Shown one piece after another: positions 1 to 13,315 of a stretch of DNA of 64,000 nucleotides (positions within the stretch are counted from its first letter, which is position 1; the number at the start of each line of letters is the position of its first letter). The DNA is taken from assembly GCF_055900595.2 (NCBI RefSeq), contig NZ_CM148325.1. The stretch is one strand, 5' to 3'. The notes below the pieces were generated by a model that worked only from the letters and a program-made list of their open reading frames with translations, was not told the origin of the DNA and made no database searches. The position numbers and the translations under genes were made by a program.

Positions 1-254
1 GTAGGATCGCACACCACATGCGTGGATGCCACAGCCATTGGCGTGATGTTAGCGCCAAACAGAAATGCTTCTCCATCACGTAGAAGGACGTAGCTGTCGC
101 TGATATTGGCTTTTCCTGCGCGCAGGGATTTAACCTCCCAGCCTTGCAGGGCAAGTCCCGCTTCGAACTCTTCTTCGATAAAGTATTCGTGACGGGCGCG
201 CTTGTTAAGCGCGATGGTCGCTGAACCAGGTTTATGTGCTTTTTTCTTCGTCAT
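1..254 (-). CDS. smpB: SsrA-binding protein SmpB, partial (N-terminal part only; gene runs off the window start)
   Basis: Minus-strand reading from ATG at 254-252 gives [24 protein letters not shown]..., the SmpB N-terminus; no stop before position 1. Confidence 0.85.
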
Positions 255-385
255 AAGCGTCGTGAATCATCGGTAATCTGAAATCGAAAACACCCCATAT
301 CAATCCTGCGGGGGACAAGGCTCTATCTTAGCATGAACCCGATGTTACCCAGCGCCGGGATAGCGTTTTTTTTACAGCAGGATAA

Positions 386-862
386 ATGATATTATTTGTT
401 GGATTTTTGTTGATGGAAATTGTTATGCCTCAGATTAGCCGGACCGCACTGGTACCCTACAGCGCGGAGCAAATGTATCAGTTAGTGAATGACGTTCAGT
501 CTTATCCTCAGTTTTTGCCGGGTTGTACCGGAAGTCGGATTCTGGAGTCCACTCCTGGGCAGATGACCGCGGCGGTAGATGTCTCTAAGGCTGGGATCAG
601 CAAAACGTTTACTACCCGCAACCAGTTGACCAGTAACCAAAGTATTCTTATGAATCTGGTGGATGGGCCGTTCAAGAAATTGATCGGTGGATGGAAGTTT
701 ACGCCGCTGAGCCAGGAGGCGTGTCGTATCGAGTTTCATCTCGACTTTGAGTTTACCAATAAGTTGATTGAACTCGCCTTTGGCCGCGTGTTTAAAGAGC
801 TGGCGGCTAATATGGTCCAGGCTTTTACGGTTCGTGCGAAAGAGGTTTACAGTGCCAGGTAA
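386..862 (+). CDS. ratA: Ribosome association toxin RatA (SRPBCC/polyketide cyclase-like)
   Basis: ORF track 158 aa matches RatA/YfjG; an alternative internal start (MPQISRT, ~pos 425) is possible. Confidence 0.9.
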   Translation: MILFVGFLLMEIVMPQISRTALVPYSAEQMYQLVNDVQSYPQFLPGCTGSRILESTPGQMTAAVDVSKAGISKTFTTRNQLTSNQSILMNLVDGPFKKLIGGWKFTPLSQEACRIEFHLDFEFTNKLIELAFGRVFKELAANMVQAFTVRAKEVYSAR

Positions 863-1142
863 AATTGCCGTTGAGGTGGCTTATGCTCTACCTGAGAAGC
901 AGTACCTGCAGCGCGTGACGCTGCAGGAGGGCGCGACGGTTGAAGAAGCTATTCGCACCAGTGGCTTGCTGGAATTGCGTACCGATATCGATTTAACTAA
1001 AAACAAAGTCGGCATTTACAGCCGTCCGGCAAAACTGAGCGATACCGTGCATGATGGCGATCGGGTGGAGATTTATCGTCCTCTCATTGCCGATCCGAAA
1101 GAGCTTCGCAGGCAACGAGCAGAAAAATCAGCGAATAAATAA
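852..1142 (+). CDS. ratB: RatB (YfjF), small protein downstream of ratA
   Basis: In-frame GTG at 852 gives [16 protein letters not shown]... (96 aa); overlaps ratA 3' end by 11 nt; the ORF-track 768 start is an upstream extension. Confidence 0.8.
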   Translation: MPGKIAVEVAYALPEKQYLQRVTLQEGATVEEAIRTSGLLELRTDIDLTKNKVGIYSRPAKLSDTVHDGDRVEIYRPLIADPKELRRQRAEKSANK

Positions 1143-1203
1143 CAGACAGAAAAAAGGTGCTCATTGAGCACCTTTTTTAACGTCTTTGAGAGCAACTTTA
1201 TTA

Positions 1204-1545
1204 TTAGTTACCACTCAGCGCAGGTTTGTTATCAATGTTGGTCAACACCCCGCTACTGTTAAAGGTCAGCGTCAGCGTTTGCTGCGTTACACCTTCATGA
1301 CCTGGTTGCTGGCGGAAGACATAGAACCAGGTATTCGTACCAAATGGATCGGACATCAGCGGTGTACCCAATGCGTACGCAACTTGTTGTTGCGTCATGC
1401 CAACACGTATTTTGGATACGTCGTTAGCGGTCAGATAGTTCCCCTGGTTGATGTCAGGACGGTAAACCACTCGCTCCAGAGTGGAACAGCCTGCGGTCAA
1501 CATCAATAGTACTGCTGCTGCAGCAGTCAGCGTTTTACAGCGCAT
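1204..1545 (-). CDS. bamE: Outer membrane protein assembly factor BamE (SmpA) lipoprotein
   Basis: 113-aa ORF with lipobox (LTAGC) and BamE sequence. Confidence 0.93.
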
Positions 1546-1693
1546 AGTGATTTGATTCCTTTTCGGGCCCGAGCAGTACGTGGCTCATCTGTAATATGCC
1601 GATGATAATAGACCTTTCATCACTTTAAAACCTTTTGCTTTCCGGTCTTACGGCGTTTTGCTGTTTACTCTGACCGTGAAGCAGGAAAAAAGT

Positions 1694-3355
1694 TTACGCC
1701 GCAAGCAGTTCTTTCGCATTCGCCAGTGTGTTACGTGTGACTTCACTGCCACCAAGCAGGCGCGCCAGCTCTTGTAACCGCGCTTTTTTGTCCAGCGACT
1801 CCATATGCGTTTCTGTCATCGCACCATCGGTTTCTTTGCTGACAAAATAGTGTTGATGACCACATCCCGCGACTTGTGGCAGGTGGGTAACACACATCAC
1901 CTGAGTTGATTCGCCGAGTTGACGCAGCAGTTTGCCGACAACTGCCGCTGTTGGACCGCTAATCCCTACATCCACTTCATCAAAAATCAGTGCCGGGGTT
2001 TCCATTTTACGCGCTGTGATGACCTGAATTGCCAATGCGATGCGGGACAATTCACCACCAGATGCGACTTTGGCAATAGGCTGCATTGGCTGACCTGGGT
2101 TGGTGGTTACCCGAAACTCAATACGATCAGCGCCGTCAGCGCCCAGGTGATGCTCGTCAAATTTAACATCAATCGTAAACTGCCCATGCGGCATAGAGAG
2201 TGCATGCATACTGTCGGTGATCAGCTGTGCCAACTCATTTGCATAATGCTGGCGTTGCTGGTGTAACGCGCGCGCCGTTTCCAGTGCCTGCTGATGATGT
2301 TTCGTTACCGCCAGCGCGAGCGTTTCTTGTGAGTCGGCCTGATCGTCCAGTTGCTGCTGCTCTTCCAGTAGCGACTGGTAATACTGTGGCAATACCTCAG
2401 GGCTGACGTGATGTTTACGTGCCAGCGAAATCTGTTTTGAGATGCGCTGTTCAAGTTCAAACAGTCGGTTGGGATCGAGATCCAGACGATCGCAGTAGTG
2501 GCGCAGTTCGTCGCTGGCTTCAACAATCTGGATGGTAGCTTCTTCCAGCATATCAAGTACGCCGGACAGTTTGCTGTCCATGCCAATCAATTCGCTCACC
2601 AGTTGTTTAGCCGTGTAAAGCTGGCTTTGCAGGTTTGCGTCTTCGCCGTCGGCCATTAATGCCAATGCATTCTGGCTGGTGGTCAGTAATTGACCGCTGT
2701 TCGCCAGACGTTTGTACTCTTCGTCGATTTGCTCAAACTCTCCGGGCTGCGGATTAAATTCGTTAAGTTCTTTTAATTGGTATTGCAGCAGCTCCGCACG
2801 AGCGGCGCGTTCCTGACTTAACTGTTGATGATGAGCGAGGTCGCGGCAGCTTTGATGCCACAACTGATAACGTGCGGTCATTTCCTGAAGCAGAGAGGTT
2901 TCATTAGCATAGCCATCAAGCAGGAATTTTTGGTGCTCGGGTTTGGTGAGTAATTGATGGGCGTGCTGACCATGGATCTGAATGAGCAACTGGCCCAGTT
3001 CGCGCAGTTGTGACAGTGGAACAGCTGTACCGTTGATAAAACCACGAGAGCGACCATCGCTACTGATTACGCGACGAAGCAGGCATTCACGGCCATCTTC
3101 CAGTTGGTTTTCTTCCAGCCAGCGCAGTGCTGCGGGTGTATCTTTCAGAGAAAAACGGGCGCACAGATCTGCGCGAGCAGCTCCGGTACGCACCATGTCG
3201 GCTTCAGCGCGACCGCCGAGACAAAGGCCCAGGGCATCTATTGCAATAGATTTACCCGCGCCAGTCTCGCCGGTGATTACGGTCATGCCGCTGTGAAAAT
3301 CAATCTCAAGCTCACGAACGATAGCAAAGTTGCTGATGGTCAGTTGTGCCAACAT
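1694..3355 (-). CDS. recN: DNA repair protein RecN (SMC-like ATPase)
   Basis: 553-aa ORF, Walker A GETGAGKS at N-terminus, RecN sequence. Confidence 0.95.
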   Translation of the reverse strand: MLAQLTISNFAIVRELEIDFHSGMTVITGETGAGKSIAIDALGLCLGGRAEADMVRTGAARADLCARFSLKDTPAALRWLEENQLEDGRECLLRRVISSDGRSRGFINGTAVPLSQLRELGQLLIQIHGQHAHQLLTKPEHQKFLLDGYANETSLLQEMTARYQLWHQSCRDLAHHQQLSQERAARAELLQYQLKELNEFNPQPGEFEQIDEEYKRLANSGQLLTTSQNALALMADGEDANLQSQLYTAKQLVSELIGMDSKLSGVLDMLEEATIQIVEASDELRHYCDRLDLDPNRLFELEQRISKQISLARKHHVSPEVLPQYYQSLLEEQQQLDDQADSQETLALAVTKHHQQALETARALHQQRQHYANELAQLITDSMHALSMPHGQFTIDVKFDEHHLGADGADRIEFRVTTNPGQPMQPIAKVASGGELSRIALAIQVITARKMETPALIFDEVDVGISGPTAAVVGKLLRQLGESTQVMCVTHLPQVAGCGHQHYFVSKETDGAMTETHMESLDKKARLQELARLLGGSEVTRNTLANAKELLAA

Positions 3356-3381
3356 AGTTGTTTTCCTGTATGAAAAACCAT

Positions 3382-3423
3382 TACTGTTATTGTGTACAGT
3401 ATAAACTGGTTTTATATACAGTA
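3382..3423 (-). promoter_or_regulatory. Two tandem LexA (SOS) boxes in the recN promoter
   Basis: tactgttattgtgtacagta (3382-3401) and actggttttatatacagta (3405-3423) fit CTGT-N8-ACAG, immediately upstream of recN start. Confidence 0.8.
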
Positions 3424-3440
3424 AAGAGGCTGGCGTAAAA

Positions 3441-5036
<1,596 letters not shown>

Positions 5037-5054
5037 TTTCTGCTTTCGTAATAA

Positions 5055-5085
5055 ATCACGGCCCAGCATGCGAATGCCGGGCCGT
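5055..5085. terminator. Bidirectional hairpin between convergent grpE and yfjD
   Basis: acggcccagcatgcgaatgccgggccgtttt: GC stem with flanking T-run. Confidence 0.6.
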
Positions 5086-5090
5086 TTTCG

Positions 5091-6353
5091 TTACTCCGCC
5101 ACACTCTCACGCAGCGGTTTCACAGGAAAAACTTTTACCTGCTTAATCATATTGTCCTGTACATCGAGAATATCGATATCGTACTCGCCAATACGCACGC
5201 GAGTTCCTGCGACAGGAATTTCTTCCAGTACTTCAAGAATGACGCCATTAACCGTGCGGGCATCATCTTCCGGTAGATGCCAGTTAAAGGCTTTGTTGAT
5301 TTCCCGCACGTTGGCAGTGCCATCGATAATCACCGAACCGTCGTTTTGCGGCGTGACCTCTTCGGCGAGCGTTGGCGACATCGACGTGGTGAAATCACCA
5401 ACAATCTCTTCGAGAATATCTTCGACCGTCACCAGCCCCTGAATGTCTCCATACTCGTTGACGACCAGGCCGACTTTCTTTTTGTTACGCTGAAACTTCA
5501 CCAACTGTGTGCTGAGCGGCGTACCCTCCGGGACAAAATAGATCTCGTCCGCGGCGCGTAGCATGGTTTCTTTGGTGAACTCTTTTTTCTCCGACATGAG
5601 TCGCCAGGCTTCACGCACACGCAGCATACTGATGGCGTCGTCCAGCGAGTCACGGTAGAGCACGATGCGTCCGTGAGGTGAGTGGGAGAGTTGGCGGAGA
5701 ATCGATTTCCAGTCATCGTTGATATCAATACCGATAATTTCACTACGTGGCACCATGATGTCATCGACGGTCATTTTTTCCAGATCGAGTACCGACAACA
5801 GCATATCCTGATTGCGACGGGAAATTTGTGACCGCGATTCGTGCACAATGGTGCGTAATTCTTCTTTGCTTAAAGAGCCACTGACCACGATATCGGTTTT
5901 GATGCCCATCATGCGCATTAACATGCGGGTAATAGCGTTTAGCAACCAGACCAGCGGCATCATCAAAATTTGCAGCGGTGCCAGCAGAAAACTACTTGGA
6001 TAGGCGACTTTTTCCGGGTACAGCGCGGCAATGGTTTTCGGCAATACTTCAGCAAAAACCAGTACGACAAAAGTAAGCACACCAGTCGCAATTGCCACGC
6101 CCGCATCCCCGTACAAACGCATCCCCACAATAGTGCCGAGCGCGGAGGCAAGAATATTGACCAGGTTATTGCCGATTAACACCAGGCTTATCAGGCGGTC
6201 TGGCTTACGCAGCAATTTTTCGACACGTTTGGCCGAGCGATTACCCTGTTTCGCCATATGCCGCAGACGATAGCGGTTGAGGGTCATCATTCCGGTTTCG
6301 GACCCGGAAAAATAGGCTGAAATGACCACCATGATGATCAGAATAATGATCAA
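5091..6353 (-). CDS. yfjD: Inner membrane protein YfjD (DUF21 transmembrane + CBS pair + CorC/HlyC transporter-associated domain)
   Basis: 420-aa ORF, hydrophobic N-terminus, recognised YfjD/CorB-like sequence. Confidence 0.88.
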   Translation of the reverse strand: MIIILIIMVVISAYFSGSETGMMTLNRYRLRHMAKQGNRSAKRVEKLLRKPDRLISLVLIGNNLVNILASALGTIVGMRLYGDAGVAIATGVLTFVVLVFAEVLPKTIAALYPEKVAYPSSFLLAPLQILMMPLVWLLNAITRMLMRMMGIKTDIVVSGSLSKEELRTIVHESRSQISRRNQDMLLSVLDLEKMTVDDIMVPRSEIIGIDINDDWKSILRQLSHSPHGRIVLYRDSLDDAISMLRVREAWRLMSEKKEFTKETMLRAADEIYFVPEGTPLSTQLVKFQRNKKKVGLVVNEYGDIQGLVTVEDILEEIVGDFTTSMSPTLAEEVTPQNDGSVIIDGTANVREINKAFNWHLPEDDARTVNGVILEVLEEIPVAGTRVRIGEYDIDILDVQDNMIKQVKVFPVKPLRESVAE

Positions 6354-6397
6354 CGTGGTAGTAGATATGTGTTCCAGGGGAAACTCCTTTTCTGGGG

Positions 6398-7189
6398 TTA
6401 GCTGATTAACTGCTGGACAATTCGGCTACCGAAGTAGGCCAGTGTCAGAATGACCGCTCCCGCAACGTTAAACCAGACGACGCGGCGTCCACGCCATCCT
6501 TCATGATAATGTCCCCACAGCAGCACAATATAGACAAACCACGCCACGATAGAGAGCACGGCCTTGTCGATATTTTCCATGCTAAATAAGTTGTGCATGT
6601 AGAAGAGACCAGTGCAAAGAGTGAGCGTTAACAGCACCACGCCAATCTGCGTGATGTGGAACATTTTACGCTCGATACTCATCAACGGCGGCATTTCTTG
6701 GTTAAACGCCAGCTTCTTGTTCTTCAGTTGGTAATCAATCCACGCCAGTTGTAATGCATACAGAGCGGCGATAATCAGCGTGGCATAGGAAAAGAGCGAT
6801 AAGCCAATGTGAACCAGCATCCCAGGCGTTGCTTCCAGATGGGTGATGTATTCATTGGGCATAAAGGTGGCCAGCGCCAGGTTGATAAGCGCAAAGGCAT
6901 AGACAATGGGTAGCAGTAACCAGCCACGATTGCGGGAAGCCACGATGGTCATTACCGTACAGATCATCAAACTGACCAGCGAACCAACGTTCAGTAAGCT
7001 GAGGTTTTGTCCGCTATCACCGTCGGGCAAGATACGGGCTTCCAGAGCGATTGCGTGGCAGACCAGCGCGATGACCGCAGAAATAATAGCCATGCGCCGC
7101 CAGCCGCCGTTTTTTTGCAGCAGACCGGGAACAATCAGCGCAAGACTGACGGAGTAGGCGACAAGCGCGAGCAGAGCAAAAACGGGCAT
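6398..7189 (-). CDS. ypjD: Inner membrane protein YpjD (cytochrome c assembly protein-like family)
   Basis: Polytopic membrane ORF; start taken at MPVFALLALV (263 aa); ORF track extends to 7264. Confidence 0.8.
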   Translation of the reverse strand: MPVFALLALVAYSVSLALIVPGLLQKNGGWRRMAIISAVIALVCHAIALEARILPDGDSGQNLSLLNVGSLVSLMICTVMTIVASRNRGWLLLPIVYAFALINLALATFMPNEYITHLEATPGMLVHIGLSLFSYATLIIAALYALQLAWIDYQLKNKKLAFNQEMPPLMSIERKMFHITQIGVVLLTLTLCTGLFYMHNLFSMENIDKAVLSIVAWFVYIVLLWGHYHEGWRGRRVVWFNVAGAVILTLAYFGSRIVQQLIS

Positions 7190-7355
7190 AGTAATGTCGA
7201 CAGTTTGAGCAATAAGAAAGAGAAGCAGTATAGCGTCAGGTGAACGCTGCTCCAACCGTTGCATAACAACAAAGACGCCTTCATGTTATACTGCGGCAAA
7301 ATACTGATGATGTGTCGCGATTGCGGCCAACCGTTTCCACCCCAGGCGAGAGACA

Positions 7356-8717
7356 ATGTTTGATAATTTAACCGATCGTTTGTCGCGCACGCTGCGCAAT
7401 ATCAGTGGCCGTGGACGCCTCACTGAAGACAACGTAAAAGATACGCTGCGCGAAGTGCGCATGGCGCTGCTGGAGGCGGACGTCGCCCTGCCGGTAGTGC
7501 GTGAGTTTATCAATCGCGTAAAAGAGAAAGCGGTTGGTCATGAAGTTAATAAGAGCCTGACGCCGGGGCAGGAGTTCGTCAAAATCGTCCGTAACGAACT
7601 GGTTGCGGCGATGGGCGAAGAGAACCAGACCCTGAATCTGGCTGCGCAACCGCCAGCGGTGGTACTGATGGCGGGCCTGCAAGGTGCCGGTAAAACAACC
7701 AGCGTGGGCAAGCTCGGTAAGTTCCTGCGTGAGAAGCACAAGAAAAAAGTGCTGGTGGTTTCTGCCGACGTTTATCGTCCGGCGGCAATCAAACAGCTGG
7801 AGACGCTGGCAGAGCAGGTGGGCGTTGATTTCTTCCCTTCTGATGTTGGTCAGAAGCCGGTTGATATCGTTAACGCGGCGCTGAAAGAAGCCAAACTGAA
7901 ATTCTACGACGTGCTGCTGGTGGATACCGCCGGTCGTCTGCACGTTGACGAAGCGATGATGGACGAGATCAAACAGGTCCATGCATCGATTAATCCGGTT
8001 GAAACCCTGTTTGTGGTTGATGCCATGACTGGTCAGGATGCGGCCAATACGGCAAAAGCATTCAATGAAGCGTTACCGCTGACCGGTGTGGTACTGACTA
8101 AAGTCGACGGCGATGCTCGTGGCGGTGCGGCGCTCTCGATTCGTCACATCACTGGCAAACCGATCAAATTCCTCGGTGTTGGCGAGAAAACCGAGGCGCT
8201 GGAGCCGTTCCATCCGGACCGCATCGCTTCCCGTATTCTCGGCATGGGCGACGTACTGTCGCTGATCGAAGATATCGAAAGCAAAGTTGACCGCGCGCAG
8301 GCAGAGAAATTAGCCAGCAAGCTGAAAAAAGGTGACGGCTTCGATCTCAACGATTTCCTTGAGCAACTGCGCCAGATGAAAAATATGGGCGGCATGGCTA
8401 GCCTGATGGGCAAACTGCCGGGCATGGGGCAGATCCCGGATAACGTCAAGTCGCAGATGGACGATAAAGTGCTGGTGCGTATGGAAGCCATCATCAACTC
8501 GATGACGATGAAAGAGCGCGCTAAGCCAGAAATCATCAAAGGTTCGCGTAAACGCCGTATCGCTGCCGGTTGCGGTATGCAGGTGCAGGACGTTAACCGT
8601 CTTCTGAAACAGTTCGACGACATGCAGCGCATGATGAAGAAAATGAAGAAGGGCGGGATGGCGAAGATGATGAGAAGTATGAAGGGGATGATGCCGCCGG
8701 GATTTCCTGGTCGCTAA
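7356..8717 (+). CDS. ffh: Signal recognition particle protein Ffh
   Basis: 453 aa, GTPase motifs (GLQGAGKTT, DTAGR, TKVDG) and Met-rich C-terminal M domain. Confidence 0.96.
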   Translation: MFDNLTDRLSRTLRNISGRGRLTEDNVKDTLREVRMALLEADVALPVVREFINRVKEKAVGHEVNKSLTPGQEFVKIVRNELVAAMGEENQTLNLAAQPPAVVLMAGLQGAGKTTSVGKLGKFLREKHKKKVLVVSADVYRPAAIKQLETLAEQVGVDFFPSDVGQKPVDIVNAALKEAKLKFYDVLLVDTAGRLHVDEAMMDEIKQVHASINPVETLFVVDAMTGQDAANTAKAFNEALPLTGVVLTKVDGDARGGAALSIRHITGKPIKFLGVGEKTEALEPFHPDRIASRILGMGDVLSLIEDIESKVDRAQAEKLASKLKKGDGFDLNDFLEQLRQMKNMGGMASLMGKLPGMGQIPDNVKSQMDDKVLVRMEAIINSMTMKERAKPEIIKGSRKRRIAAGCGMQVQDVNRLLKQFDDMQRMMKKMKKGGMAKMMRSMKGMMPPGFPGR

Positions 8718-8775
8718 ATGACCTTATGCGACAGAGTTATTAACTGCTGATTGCATTTTCTCCAGAAATCAGTAA

Positions 8776-9102
<327 letters not shown>

Positions 9103-9120
9103 TCTGTCACGGTGGTCATG

Positions 9121-9669
9121 ATGAGCAAACAACTCACCGCGCAAGCACCTGTTGATCCCATCGTTTTGGGAAAAATGGGTTCGTCTTACGGTATTCGTGG
9201 GTGGCTCAGAGTGTTTTCTTCCACCGAAGACGCCGAAAGCATTTTTGACTATCAGCCCTGGTTTATCCAGAAGGCGGGTCAGTGGCAGCAAGTCCAGCTG
9301 GAAAGCTGGAAGCACCACAATCAGGACATGATCATCAAGCTGAAAGGCGTTGACGATCGTGATGCGGCGAACCTGCTGACGAATTGTGAAATTGTCGTGG
9401 ATTCATCGCAGTTGCCTCAGCTTGAAGAGGGTGACTACTACTGGAAAGACCTGATGGGCTGCCAGGTAGTAACCACTGAAGGCTACGATCTCGGTAAAGT
9501 CGTCGATATGATGGAAACCGGATCTAATGACGTTCTCGTCATTAAGGCAAACCTGAAAGATGCGTTTGGTATCAAGGAACGTCTCGTACCGTTCCTCGAT
9601 GGGCAGGTTATCAAGAAAGTCGATCTCACTACTCGTTCAATCGAAGTAGATTGGGATCCTGGTTTTTAA
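9121..9669 (+). CDS. rimM: Ribosome maturation factor RimM
   Basis: [28 protein letters not shown]... 182 aa. Confidence 0.94.
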
Positions 9670-9699
9670 ACCACCGGATAAACGGTAAAAGACGGCGCT

Positions 9700-10467
9700 A
9701 TGTGGATTGGCATAATTAGCCTGTTTCCTGAAATGTTCCGCGCAATTACCGATTACGGGGTAACTGGCCGGGCAGTTAAAAATGGCCTGCTGAGCATCCA
9801 GAGCTGGAGTCCTCGTGACTTCACGCATGACCGGCACCGTACCGTGGACGATCGTCCTTACGGCGGCGGACCGGGGATGTTAATGATGGTGCAACCTTTA
9901 CGGGACGCCATTCATGCAGCAAAAGCCGCGGCGGGTGAAGGCGCAAAGGTGATTTATCTGTCACCGCAGGGGCGCAAGCTTGATCAAGCAGGCGTCAGCG
10001 AACTGGCAACGAATCAAAAATTGATTCTGGTGTGCGGTCGCTACGAAGGTATAGATGAGCGCGTGATCCAAACCGAAATTGACGAAGAATGGTCAATCGG
10101 CGATTACGTTCTCAGTGGTGGTGAGTTACCAGCAATGACGCTGATTGACTCCGTTTCCCGGTTTATTCCGGGAGTACTGGGACATGAAGCCTCGGCAACG
10201 GAAGATTCCTTTGCTGAAGGATTGCTGGATTGCCCGCACTATACGCGGCCTGAGGTGTTAGAAGGGATGGAAGTTCCGCCAGTGTTACTGTCGGGCAACC
10301 ATGCCGAGATACGTCGCTGGCGTTTGAAACAGTCGCTGGGCCGTACCTGGCTTAGAAGACCTGAACTTCTGGAAAACCTGGCTCTGACTGAAGAGCAAGC
10401 AAGGTTGCTGGCGGAGTTCAAAACGGAACACGCACAACAGCAACATAAACATGATGGGATGGCGTAA
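9700..10467 (+). CDS. trmD: tRNA (guanine37-N1)-methyltransferase TrmD
   Basis: [13 protein letters not shown]... 255 aa. Confidence 0.96.
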
Positions 10468-10505
10468 GCCCCCGAGATATCAGTTTACCCAGGATAAGAG
10501 ATTAA

Positions 10506-10856
<351 letters not shown>

Positions 10857-10884
10857 GATTTCGCTTAAGCGACATCCTGTTAAG

Positions 10885-10916
10885 AAGGGCTGGCCAATTG
10901 GCTGGCCCTTTTTTTA
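10885..10916 (+). terminator. Rho-independent terminator of the rpsP-rimM-trmD-rplS operon
   Basis: gggctggccaattggctggccc hairpin followed by ttttttt. Confidence 0.75.
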
Positions 10917-10932
10917 TCTGTTTGCTCGTGTT

Positions 10933-11415
10933 TTAAGGGGTAGTAATCACTACTGCGACGCGGCGGTTCTCGGCGCGGCCCTGGGCGGTCTTGTTACTGG
11001 CTATGGGATATTTTTTTCCTAAACCCTGTGTGGTGAGGTTGCTGCGCGAAATTTGTCCACCTATAGCCCATGCATCGGCCACAACATTCGCCCGTTTCAA
11101 TGATAAGGCTTCGTTGTAACTGTCTTCACCATAGTTGTCGGTGTGTCCATCCATACGGGCATGCGTTAGCCCTGTCGAGGCCAATTTGGCTGCCATGGTT
11201 TGGATCTGTTGCTGGCTTTCCGGGAGCAATTTGTAGTCATTTTTTGCGAACAGAATGGCATCTGATAATCCCAGCGACCAGTCGCCGGCGGATTCAGTAA
11301 ATCCATAAGATTGCATAGCGGCAACTTGCTCAGGAGTAAACTTTCCCTGAGGGGACTGGCAGCCAGTCAGTACTAGCGAGGTGAAAATCAGGGGTGCTAC
11401 CAGGTGCTTTATCAT
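10933..11415 (-). CDS. yfiB: OmpA-family outer membrane lipoprotein YfiB (activator of DgcN)
   Basis: 160 aa, lipobox LTGC, OmpA-like C-terminal domain (NRRVAVVI). Confidence 0.92.
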   Translation of the reverse strand: MIKHLVAPLIFTSLVLTGCQSPQGKFTPEQVAAMQSYGFTESAGDWSLGLSDAILFAKNDYKLLPESQQQIQTMAAKLASTGLTHARMDGHTDNYGEDSYNEALSLKRANVVADAWAIGGQISRSNLTTQGLGKKYPIASNKTAQGRAENRRVAVVITTP

Positions 11416-11430
11416 ATCGATATATCCTTG

Positions 11431-12657
11431 TTATCTCACCAGCTTTTCGGCACGCTGGTGTTTGGCCTGATACATATTGTGATCGGCCAGCTCTTGTAAT
11501 TTTTCCGCAGAGGCATGCTCAATGGTCATCGCGTAACCAATGCTTAATGTCATGGTGGTCTGATGACCATTATGAAGATCAAACGGGCGATTAAAGATTT
11601 GTGTCAGTGCTGAGCATATCCGCTGCACTTCAGATTCCGACTGTACACCATAGAGCACCATCGCGAATTCATCGCCGCCTATGCGGTATGCTTTATGTTG
11701 CAGCCCGCCAAATTCTGCTAACCGTTTTGCTACCTCAATCAAGACCCGATCGCCCGTCGCATGACCCCAGGTATCGTTGATATATTTAAAATTATCGCCA
11801 TCAAGAAACAGTAACGCCGACGTTTTTCTGGCGTCGGAACTGCTCATCAACGTGTTGATGCCGCTACGAAACGCAGCCCGGTTCGCCAGCCCGGTTAATG
11901 GGTCATGTAGCGCGGTACGTAGCAGCTGCGCATTTTTAGCCTGTAAGCGAAGCTGCCACTCTTCCATTTCATCCAGCAGACTGTTGAAGTCGAGAGCGAA
12001 GCGGTGAAACTCAGCGATACGTTCTTCCGAAACTCGTCGGGAAAAATTGCGGTTGGAACGCACATCATGTACGACATCGGTGATATTTTTCAGCGCTTCC
12101 ACCAGGCCATTGTGCAAATGGCGGGTGAGGGTAATTGCGATGCCTGATGCCAGCAGAATACAACCGGTCAGGACAGCGAGCGAAAACCAGATAAAATGGC
12201 TGATTGAACTGTCGCGAGCGGTTAAGCGTACTTCGCCAATGGTTTCACCATTGTGACGAATCGGCTGAGTGATGGGGGCAGGGAAGAGCCAGTGGCTTAT
12301 GAAATTGCTGAAAGTATCGCCTGGATCCTTACGGGTGTAATGCCAGGATGCCAGAATATTTTGCTGCTTATCACGCACTTCTGCAGTTGAAAATTGCCCT
12401 TGCTTCCCCAGCGCTGCCAGTGTTTGAGTTGCTGCAGGGCCATCGGCAAAAACGACCGCTGCTTCCAGACTGTAAGTCATTGTTGCTGCTGTCAGTGCCA
12501 GGTTTTTTTGCGCGTACTGTTTCAGGGTCAGCACCGAGGTCACGGAAAGCAGCAACCAGATCAGCATCATAGTGATAAATATGCTGGTCATACTGATGTT
12601 GCGTAATGCTCTTTTAAACGTGGGGCGCTTATTAAGAGAATTATCGTTATCCATCAT
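11431..12657 (-). CDS. dgcN: Diguanylate cyclase DgcN (YfiN), membrane-bound, HAMP + GGDEF
   Basis: 408 aa with RIGGDEF active-site motif. Confidence 0.93.
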   Translation of the reverse strand: MMDNDNSLNKRPTFKRALRNISMTSIFITMMLIWLLLSVTSVLTLKQYAQKNLALTAATMTYSLEAAVVFADGPAATQTLAALGKQGQFSTAEVRDKQQNILASWHYTRKDPGDTFSNFISHWLFPAPITQPIRHNGETIGEVRLTARDSSISHFIWFSLAVLTGCILLASGIAITLTRHLHNGLVEALKNITDVVHDVRSNRNFSRRVSEERIAEFHRFALDFNSLLDEMEEWQLRLQAKNAQLLRTALHDPLTGLANRAAFRSGINTLMSSSDARKTSALLFLDGDNFKYINDTWGHATGDRVLIEVAKRLAEFGGLQHKAYRIGGDEFAMVLYGVQSESEVQRICSALTQIFNRPFDLHNGHQTTMTLSIGYAMTIEHASAEKLQELADHNMYQAKHQRAEKLVR

Positions 12658-13165
12658 TTTTCTTCCGTGCGAGCATTAAGACATCTGGGTTCACCTTTAC
12701 ACCGCTACGCGATAAGGCATCCAGGTTTACGGCAAATCTGACGTCATTATTGTGGATGATCAGACAAAAGGCGCTGCCAATAATGCACTCGGCATTTTGT
12801 TCGGCAATTAATAATAACGCCTTTGACGGATATTGTTCGGTTAATTCCATCTGGAATGTTGGTGACTCGTTGCCAAAATAAAAACCATTGCAGCCTGATA
12901 TCATCGCCTCTTGTTGAGAGTGAATGATGACAGGCAGATAAGGCAAAGATGTCGCGCCATTCTCTTGTAGGGCGGTACTAAAACGTGAAGATGAAAAGAT
13001 ACATAACTTTGGTAGGCCTGATAGCGCAGGCCAGCGAGTGTAACTGACAATACCGGAAACCATCGTACGCACGTTTTTCGCAACGTCTGAAGGTTCCTGA
13101 GCGAGTATTGGTGCTCCCGTCAGGAGGAGAATCAGCAGTAAGAACAGACGATGAGAAAAACGCAT
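12647..13165 (-). CDS. yfiR: Periplasmic repressor of DgcN, YfiR
   Basis: 172 aa with signal peptide; overlaps dgcN start by 11 nt (operon yfiR-dgcN-yfiB). Confidence 0.9.
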   Translation of the reverse strand: MRFSHRLFLLLILLLTGAPILAQEPSDVAKNVRTMVSGIVSYTRWPALSGLPKLCIFSSSRFSTALQENGATSLPYLPVIIHSQQEAMISGCNGFYFGNESPTFQMELTEQYPSKALLLIAEQNAECIIGSAFCLIIHNNDVRFAVNLDALSRSGVKVNPDVLMLARKKNDG

Positions 13166-13315
13166 TCAGGGATCCTCACCATCTTCGCTTGCAATGCATC
13201 GATAATTTTTCAGAATGCTCATTAAAATATCATTTTTTTATGCAGTCGTCATCAGAGTGGGAAATAAAAAATAATAAGTAAAATCTCATGTTTAATTTAT
13301 TGTTGGGGGGGTTAA

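Noticed and set aside
7368-7982. 204-aa minus-strand ORF inside ffh
   Set aside because: Antisense to a highly conserved gene with no recognisable domain; typical stop-free antisense frame of a codon-biased gene.
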